Below, piece by piece: positions 57,672-64,000 of a stretch of DNA of 64,000 bases. This DNA is from Acidobacteriota bacterium (GTDB taxonomy: Bacteria; Acidobacteriota; Blastocatellia; RBC074). Location: assembly GCA_016789645.1 (NCBI GenBank), contig JAEUQP010000041.1, positions 1,570 through 65,569 on the forward strand, read 5' to 3'. Both the position numbers and the translations under genes were made by a program. The first letter of the stretch is position 1; the number at the start of each line of letters is the position of its first letter. The notes under the pieces were generated by a model, which was not told where the DNA came from, searched no databases, and saw only the letters and a list, made by a program, of their open reading frames with translations.

Positions 57672-60600
57672 ATGAAAGTTCAACGCGCAATCGTCTTGTG
57701 TGTGTTGCTGCTGATGCCCCTGCTGGCGATGGCGCAACCTTCGCTCTGCACCATCAGCGGCACGCTGTACGACTCGACGGGGTCGGCCTGCTCCAACTGC
57801 AAGGTCACCATCAGCAAAGCCCGTCAGGGTTCCACGCCGCTAAACGCGCCGCCCATCGAAAAGCGCACCGACAGCAATGGCGCGGTCAGCTTCACGGCAG
57901 TGCAAGGATCGTTCATTACGATCACGGGAACGTTTTCGATTGGCCGGTATAACTTTGCAACCGGCCTGGAAATGTATGTGCCGCTGCAAAGCACGGCGAC
58001 CCTGGCCACGCTGCAAACGGCGGAAGACGCGCTCAATGCGTTGATTTCTTCGACCACGTATGCACCAGCAGACATTCCCGTTATCACGAAAACGGCCAGC
58101 GCCAGCCTGTCGAACGAATTCGCGCTCGGCTCGTTGGCAACCGGCCTACTGAAAAACACCACAACGACCGGCGTCCCGACGATTGCCGTCGCCGGGACGG
58201 ATTATGTTGCGCCGGGGGCGATCACCGGCGGCGGTCAGACAATGGCGACGGCGCGGATTCTGGGACGCTCGACCGCATCCACGGGCGCAATCGAGGAAAT
58301 CAGTATCGGCTCCGGCCTGAGCCTGAGCGGCGGCACGCTCAGCGCATCGGGTGGCGGCGCGGTGTCGTCTGTGTTTGGACGCTCTGGGGCGGTCGTCGCG
58401 GCGCAGGACGACTACACATTCGCGCAACTTGCCAGCAAGCCGACGACGTTGGCGGGATACGGGATTGCGGATGCCCAGCCGTTGGACGCCGACTTAACGG
58501 CGATTGCGGCACTCGGCCCCTCGAACGACGACATCATTCAGCGGAAGGCCGGAGTCTGGACGAATCGCACCGTCGCGCAGTTCAAAACCGATTTGGGGTT
58601 GGCCACGATTGCCACCAGCGGCAGCGCGTCAGATTTGAGCGCCGGGACTGTGCCGTTGGCTCGATTGGCAGGAATCACGAACACTGAAATCAGTAACAGC
58701 GCGGCCATCGCCTACAGCAAATTAAATCTGACCGGCGCGATCCTGAACGCCGATCTGGCTGGTTCGATTGCTAATGCGAAGCTGGCGAATTCCGCGATCA
58801 CGATTGCCGGGAGCAGTACCAGCCTGGGCGGTGCAATCACACTCGACACGATCACCGGCCTTTCAACGACCGGCGTCGTCAAGCGCACGGGCGCAAACAC
58901 ACTGGCGATTGCAACGGTAGATTTGACCAGCGAAGTGACCGGCGACTTGCCCTTTGCGAATTTCGTGCAGGCAGGAAGCGCGGGTTTCGTTGGCGCAACC
59001 GGCGCGGGCGATTACAGCCATCGAACGCCAACGCAGGTTACGGCGGCGCTGGATGCGTTCGTCGGCGATTCGGGCAGCGGTGGAACGAAGGGACTTGTAC
59101 CTGCGCCAACGGCGGGCGATGCGGCGGCGAATAAATACCTCAAGGCAGACGGCACTTGGGCGACGGTTTCAGGCAGCTCCGGCATTACCGTTGGCACAAC
59201 CACAATCACCAGTGGCACGTCTGGTCGCGTTGGTTACAACAATGCGGGCGTCTACGGTGAATATCCCGTAACGGGAACGGCGGGGAATGTGGTGCTGAGC
59301 GCGTCGCCGACGTTGACAGGGACGGTCGCAATGGCCGCGCAGACAAACAGCGGGACAATTGTGCAGACCAGCGCGAGCGCGACTGCGTTTGTGAGCGGGG
59401 CAAGTGGCTCAACGAATCCGGCTTTTGTGATTGACAACTCCACAGCAAGTCAGGCCAGCGGTTTGAAAGTCATAGGCAAAGCAGATGGAACCGCGCCAGA
59501 AATTGCAGCTATCAGCCGCACGCAAATCACCACTGCCCTTGCCGGAAATGGCTTGGCAATTACAGCAGACCCGGCCATCGCGGGCAGTTCCGTTGCGGGC
59601 GCGGCGGCTGGCGGCAGTGTGACGATTACGGCTGGGGCGGCGGCGCGGAACACAAGCGGGAATGCCGCAGGTGGGTCAATAAATCTCGCGCCTGGAACAG
59701 GAATTGGAACAGGTGCAGCCGGTGATGTGATTTTGACTCGCGGGAATCTAATTTTTGGTGCAGCAACTTCTGGGAACATATATCTCAGAAACACAGGTTC
59801 TGGCCCTTCTCTGTTCATCGGCTCAGCGGATGGAGCGGCAAATAATGCAGGCGTGTGGGTACAGCAAGTGTCATTCACGCAGTTGACATCTGACAGCGGA
59901 GTAGTAGTTGGAATACAAGCGGCGGGCAGCACCGGGATGTTTTTAGGTTCTGGTGTACCTGTTTATTGGAGCACTAATGCATCTAGTTCCACGACTGGAT
60001 TAAGAGACGCTCCATCTGTTGGATTTTTACCAAAAGCCGCAGGTGTACTTCGGCTGACCAACGGCTCCACCGGCGCAGGCTCGCTCGTTCTCGGCACATC
60101 CACAGTCGGCAGCATTGGCACATCCGGCGTTGGAGTCTTGGCGATTGCCAACGGCACAGCCCCGACCAGTAGTCCTGCCGATGAATTTCAACTTTACTCC
60201 GCCGACTCCGCAGCCGGTGACGCCAACGCATTCGCCCGCAACGAGGCGGGCGAAGTGAACCGCTTGACCGGGCTTTCCGCGCGCGTCTCTACGCAATTTG
60301 ACAAAACCAGCGACACCACGCTGGCCAACGTGACCGGCCTTTCCCGCAACGTGGAAGCCGGGCGCACCTACGCCTTTACAGCTGTCCTCTATACCACCTC
60401 CAATGTGGCAGGCGGCGTCAAGGCGGCCATCGGCGGCACGGCAACCGCAACCTCGATTATCTATCAAGCGGACGTGCTCGATGGTTCAACACAGGCCACA
60501 GTTGGAACCGCTCGCGCAACCGCACTGGCAACCACTGTCGGCGATGTGACAGCGGTTACGGCGGCGCGAATTACCATTACGGGAGCAATCGTTGTTAATG

Positions 60601-60701
60601 CTGCCGGTACGCTCACCGTCCAATTCGCGCAAAACGCCAGCAATGGCAGCGCGTCCAGCGTGCTGGTCAATTCCAGTTTTCAATTGATTCCGATTAGCTA
60701 A
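57672..60701 (+). CDS. Large secreted Gly/Ala/Thr-rich fibre-like protein (tail-fibre/adhesin-like)
   Basis: Signal peptide; 1009 aa; segments resembling tail-fibre motifs (VSSVFGRSGAVVAAQDDYTFAQL...LAGYGIADA); low-complexity G/A/T/S beta-helix-like repeats. Confidence 0.5.
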   Translation: MKVQRAIVLCVLLLMPLLAMAQPSLCTISGTLYDSTGSACSNCKVTISKARQGSTPLNAPPIEKRTDSNGAVSFTAVQGSFITITGTFSIGRYNFATGLEMYVPLQSTATLATLQTAEDALNALISSTTYAPADIPVITKTASASLSNEFALGSLATGLLKNTTTTGVPTIAVAGTDYVAPGAITGGGQTMATARILGRSTASTGAIEEISIGSGLSLSGGTLSASGGGAVSSVFGRSGAVVAAQDDYTFAQLASKPTTLAGYGIADAQPLDADLTAIAALGPSNDDIIQRKAGVWTNRTVAQFKTDLGLATIATSGSASDLSAGTVPLARLAGITNTEISNSAAIAYSKLNLTGAILNADLAGSIANAKLANSAITIAGSSTSLGGAITLDTITGLSTTGVVKRTGANTLAIATVDLTSEVTGDLPFANFVQAGSAGFVGATGAGDYSHRTPTQVTAALDAFVGDSGSGGTKGLVPAPTAGDAAANKYLKADGTWATVSGSSGITVGTTTITSGTSGRVGYNNAGVYGEYPVTGTAGNVVLSASPTLTGTVAMAAQTNSGTIVQTSASATAFVSGASGSTNPAFVIDNSTASQASGLKVIGKADGTAPEIAAISRTQITTALAGNGLAITADPAIAGSSVAGAAAGGSVTITAGAAARNTSGNAAGGSINLAPGTGIGTGAAGDVILTRGNLIFGAATSGNIYLRNTGSGPSLFIGSADGAANNAGVWVQQVSFTQLTSDSGVVVGIQAAGSTGMFLGSGVPVYWSTNASSSTTGLRDAPSVGFLPKAAGVLRLTNGSTGAGSLVLGTSTVGSIGTSGVGVLAIANGTAPTSSPADEFQLYSADSAAGDANAFARNEAGEVNRLTGLSARVSTQFDKTSDTTLANVTGLSRNVEAGRTYAFTAVLYTTSNVAGGVKAAIGGTATATSIIYQADVLDGSTQATVGTARATALATTVGDVTAVTAARITITGAIVVNAAGTLTVQFAQNASNGSASSVLVNSSFQLIPIS

Positions 60702-60750
60702 GGAGATTAAAGCCGGACACGTCCGACTTACCATAAAGAAGGAAGTTTCC

Positions 60751-61110
60751 ATGATCCAAACACGAAGACTCTTATTCGCAATTTTTCTGATCGCCTTTTC
60801 CGGCGGTTGCTGGCTGGCTGCGAACGCGCAACAGCCGACCGTCACTGTTCGGGACGGCGAAACGGTTCATGACGCGCTGAAGCGAGACGCATTGACCGGC
60901 AAATCTACGCTGGAATTTAAGAAGGAAACAGTTGAATCTGTCGTGATGGTTGATGGGCGGCTGGAAATCGTAAAACGATCCATCAGTTATTCGTCTGCTA
61001 TTCCGGCGCTGAACTGTTGGCCGTCGCCGTGCGATTGGTCGCGCCGTCGTGTCTGGAAGGAAATCTACGGCGTGAAAGATCGAAGGCAAAATCATTCCCA
61101 CGCAAGCTGA
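60751..61110 (+). CDS. Small secreted protein
   Basis: Signal peptide ending ANAQQP; 119 aa. Confidence 0.4.
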   Translation: MIQTRRLLFAIFLIAFSGGCWLAANAQQPTVTVRDGETVHDALKRDALTGKSTLEFKKETVESVVMVDGRLEIVKRSISYSSAIPALNCWPSPCDWSRRRVWKEIYGVKDRRQNHSHAS

Positions 61111-61119
61111 GCGCGTCGA

Positions 61120-61542
61120 ATGGCCGAAAAAGGAGACTCCATGAACCCTGTCCGAACTCTGACCTTGATCCTACTGATTACCTTTGCGGGCGCGTATGTT
61201 CTCTCCGCGAACGCGCAACAGCCCTCAAATGAGAAGGCAGAAGACGACTTTGCGCTGCCAAGAAGACTCACGCCCGAGCAGATCAAACGCTGGGGCGAAC
61301 TGGCCGACTTCGAGAAAGCCCAAGCCGAGCGCCACGCGCAAGCCATCGGGGCCGCCGTCAACACGCCGGTTGGCGAACTCAGCAGGGAAGTCCATGCCGC
61401 CGTGCAATCCACCTGGCTGGCGCTGAATCTGGCGCGCAGTCAAAAGGCCGAATGGCTGGCCAATCTCCGCGCGGAAGCCGGTTGTCCGCGCTGTGTAATC
61501 GTCGGCGATACGCTGACTTTGCCGGCTCCGCCAACCCCGTAA
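61120..61542 (+). CDS. Small secreted protein (signal-peptide paralog of the previous gene)
   Basis: Signal peptide ending ANAQQP; 140 aa; followed by a hairpin terminator. Confidence 0.4.
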   Translation: MAEKGDSMNPVRTLTLILLITFAGAYVLSANAQQPSNEKAEDDFALPRRLTPEQIKRWGELADFEKAQAERHAQAIGAAVNTPVGELSREVHAAVQSTWLALNLARSQKAEWLANLRAEAGCPRCVIVGDTLTLPAPPTP

Positions 61543-61578
61543 AAAGTTTCATTCTCCTATCTCCAATCACCTCCTCTG

Positions 61579-61610
61579 GCCGTGGTCGCAAGATCACGGC
61601 CCTTTTGTTC
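61579..61610 (+). terminator. Rho-independent terminator
   Basis: GGCCGTG-gtcgcaagat-CACGGCC followed by CTTTTGTT. Confidence 0.55.
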
Positions 61611-61698
61611 TCCCCAAAAAAATAAACAACCCTGGTTTGGCACAATCCTCGCCGTCGCAGCGGGAAGCTGCAAATTTTGCAAAGTCGAGGGATTCGAT

Positions 61699-62493
61699 AT
61701 GCCAGTCAAGCAGACATTTGACAAAAAAGAAGACGCGCCGGAATGGCTCCGGCCAATGCTGCTCGAAGACAACGGGAAGTTTGTTTTCGAAGCGGAAACC
61801 ACGGTGGAAACCGCCGGATTGAAAAAAGCGCTGGAAGCCGAACGCAAAGCCAAGGCGGATTTTGAAAAGGCTCTGAAAGCGGTCGAAGGAATTGACCCGG
61901 AAGAGCACAAGCGGCTCAAGGCGGAATTCGAAAAGGCCGAGGCCGAGAAATTGAAATCCAAGGGCGATTGGGACACCCGCGAAAAGCAGTTGCGGGAGCA
62001 ATTGGCCAAGGATCTGTCCGGGCGCGAACAGCAATACCAGGCCGAACTGACCAAACGGGATGAACGGCTGAAAAAACTGGAAGCGTCGCTGCACCGGGAA
62101 TTGGTGACAGCAAAACTTTCAGCGGAGATTGCGAAGCACACGCCCAACGTGGCGCCGTTACTGCTCGGCGCAGCGCCGTTTCTGAAGGTCGTTGAAACCG
62201 GCGATGAATTCGCCGTGCAGGTGGTGGACGACAAGGGCAATCCACGGTTCGCCAATGTCAAAGGCGACCCGTTTTCGATTGAGCACCTGGTCGAAGAGTT
62301 CAAGGCCAAGCCGGAATGGAAAGGTCTGTTTCCGGCTCCCGGCAGTGGTGGCGGCGGCGCGCCGTCTCAAAGCGCGGGCAGTGGCGGAGGAACCATCACG
62401 CTGACGCGCGAACAGGCAAAAGACCCGAACGCGTACCGGCAAGCCAAAGAAGCGGCAGCAAAGTCCGGCGCGCAAGTTGTAATTTCCGAATAA
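61699..62493 (+). CDS. Putative scaffolding protein
   Basis: Highly charged coiled coil (KALEAERKAKADFEKALKAVEG...) immediately upstream of the capsid gene; ATG 61699 with GAGGG ribosome-binding site. Confidence 0.5.
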   Translation: MPVKQTFDKKEDAPEWLRPMLLEDNGKFVFEAETTVETAGLKKALEAERKAKADFEKALKAVEGIDPEEHKRLKAEFEKAEAEKLKSKGDWDTREKQLREQLAKDLSGREQQYQAELTKRDERLKKLEASLHRELVTAKLSAEIAKHTPNVAPLLLGAAPFLKVVETGDEFAVQVVDDKGNPRFANVKGDPFSIEHLVEEFKAKPEWKGLFPAPGSGGGGAPSQSAGSGGGTITLTREQAKDPNAYRQAKEAAAKSGAQVVISE

Positions 62494-62539
62494 CCGCTCA
62501 CGCGGTGTTTCCTGCGTGAGAAAAACAGGAGCAAGTTAG

Positions 62540-63670
62540 ATGGCCAACACATTAGGGGTTTACGATCCGATTTTTTATGCGCAGGAAGCGTTGATTTGGT
62601 TGCAAAACGCATTGGGAATGGCGACGCGAGTCCACCGCGGACACGACAAGGAACCGCAGCAAAAAGGCTCCGTGATTTCCATCTCTCGACCGTCCACCTT
62701 CACGGTTCAGGATGCCCCTTCGACGGCGCAAGACCTGAACACCGGTTCCGTCAATATCACGCTCGATAAATGGAAAGAAGTGAAGTTCAAGCTGACCGAC
62801 AAAGAGCTGAGCTTCACAACTGAAAAAATTATCGAAGACCATATTATGCCGGCGGCTTATGCGCTGGCTGATGATATTGACGCAAAACTGTGCGCGCTTT
62901 ACAAAGATATTCCCTGGTATCAGTCGGCCTCTTCGCCTGCCGCTGTTGCCGACCTGACGGCGCTCCAGCGGATTATGTTTACCAACAAAGTGCCAAATCG
63001 CAATCGCAGCCTGATGCTGTCTGGTGTGTTGCGAGAAGAGTTTTTGAACATTTCTGCTTTCAGCCAATGGCAAGGTGCAGGAACCGACGGTGTCAACACC
63101 CAGAAAGAGGGCGATCTGGGGATGAAGTACGGATTTGACACTTTCGCGAATCAGAATGCTCAAACTCATACGCAAGGCGTTGCGGCGGACGCAACCGGCG
63201 CGCTCAATGGTGCTGTGCTCAAAGGCGGAACAACTATTGCGTTTGATGGGGTCACCGCTGGTGGCACGTTCAAAGCGGGCGACACCTTTGTGCTGGCCGG
63301 AAACACGCAACGTTACAGCTTCACAGCCGATGTGACCGCCGATGGCGGCGGCGCTGTTGCCAGCGCGAGCATTACTCCGGCTCTGGTGCAGGATTACGCC
63401 GACAACGTCGTTATGACGATCAACCTGGTTGGCGGCGTCCAGTCTCTGGCTTTCCATAAAAATGCTTTTGCGCTCGCGATGGCTCCTTTGTCCGAAATGG
63501 GCAATCAGTTGGGCGCGCGCATTGCCACCATCACCGACCCGATCACCAGTCTGTCTCTCCGGTCACGCATTTACTACGTGGGCAACAGCTCCGAAGTGCA
63601 TGTAGCGCTTGACTGCCTGTATGGCGTCAAGACGCTGGATCCGAATCTGGCATGCCGGTTGGTTGACTAA
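62540..63670 (+). CDS. Putative major capsid protein
   Basis: 376 aa, directly after the scaffold gene; assigned by position, size and general coat-protein-like composition. Confidence 0.5.
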   Translation: MANTLGVYDPIFYAQEALIWLQNALGMATRVHRGHDKEPQQKGSVISISRPSTFTVQDAPSTAQDLNTGSVNITLDKWKEVKFKLTDKELSFTTEKIIEDHIMPAAYALADDIDAKLCALYKDIPWYQSASSPAAVADLTALQRIMFTNKVPNRNRSLMLSGVLREEFLNISAFSQWQGAGTDGVNTQKEGDLGMKYGFDTFANQNAQTHTQGVAADATGALNGAVLKGGTTIAFDGVTAGGTFKAGDTFVLAGNTQRYSFTADVTADGGGAVASASITPALVQDYADNVVMTINLVGGVQSLAFHKNAFALAMAPLSEMGNQLGARIATITDPITSLSLRSRIYYVGNSSEVHVALDCLYGVKTLDPNLACRLVD

Positions 63671-64000
63671 GCCAACGCAAACCCAGGGAGACGCCAGGCT
63701 GACTCCCTGGGTTTCATTACAAACATTGCAGGAGATTCAATGGAAACGATCACGGTTTTTTGGAAAGGCAAGTTCGACGGCGCGGCGGTTTCGATCAATG
63801 CGCTGGACTTCAATCCGGCTATCCACCGGCGCGAAGCCGACGGCCCTTGGCCGGTCGAAGAAACCAAGGACGATGACAAGGCCGACGACACCGGGAATAA
63901 AAAGAAAAAGTAGCCAATGCCTGACTCTCCCACAATTGACGCCACGATCGGTGGCACGGCAGCGAACAGCTACCAGGAACTGACTGTCGCTGACAGTTAT

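Larger units (their letters stand above)
32660..63999. mobile_element. Integrated temperate prophage (siphovirus-like), attL at tRNA-Leu; right end beyond window
   Basis: tRNA followed by an integrase, a lysogeny switch, a replication module, lysis genes, terminase, portal, MuF, scaffold and capsid in canonical order; structural genes still running at the window end. Confidence 0.75.

Overview
The window is high-GC (~58-60%) and looks like an Acidobacteriota genome; this is inferred from the CadC-like winged-helix+TPR regulator and two Solibacter-type TIGR03437-like secreted proteins. Left part (1-32.6 kb, chromosomal): the 3' part of an OPT oligopeptide transporter, a family III CoA-transferase, a wHTH+TPR regulator, a DUF433/DUF5615 toxin-antitoxin pair, a SPOR+BNR-propeller protein, rdgB, a PP2C phosphatase next to a zinc-ribbon/FHA protein, and a 1729-aa subtilisin (S8) protease carrying a proprotein-convertase P-domain, Ig-like domains and three tandem ~130-aa repeats. 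It is followed by a polysaccharide (O-antigen-like) locus: a seven-gene minus-strand operon (two methyltransferases, GT2, GT4, GT2, a GT-C-like membrane protein, a GT4+GT2 fusion) divergent from a Wzm permease, a Wzt ATPase with a fused methyltransferase-like domain, and wecB. Right part (32.66 kb to the window end, at least 31 kb): a tRNA-Leu(TAA) followed by a tyrosine integrase and a temperate siphovirus-like prophage. Seen in order: RHH lysogeny switch, excisionase-like HTH, SWIM protein, HExxH metallopeptidase, Gp157, DUF1376 and DnaC-like replication proteins, DUF3102, an accessory region, Amidase_3 endolysin, TerS/TerL, portal, MuF-like protein, a 1009-aa fibre-like protein, scaffold and capsid. 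The most notable content is in the prophage accessory region: a translationally coupled four-gene cassette ending in a ThiF/E1-like enzyme and a JAB/MPN+ metalloprotease, with a candidate E2-like protein and a terminator. This points to a phage-borne ubiquitin-like conjugation system (Bil/Bub/PRTRC-like). Other points of interest are a MuF head protein with a C-terminal HExxH domain, low-GC moron islets, perfect long palindromes near the integrase, and an ABC-transporter ATPase fused to a methyltransferase-like domain. No CRISPR array and no rRNA were seen.
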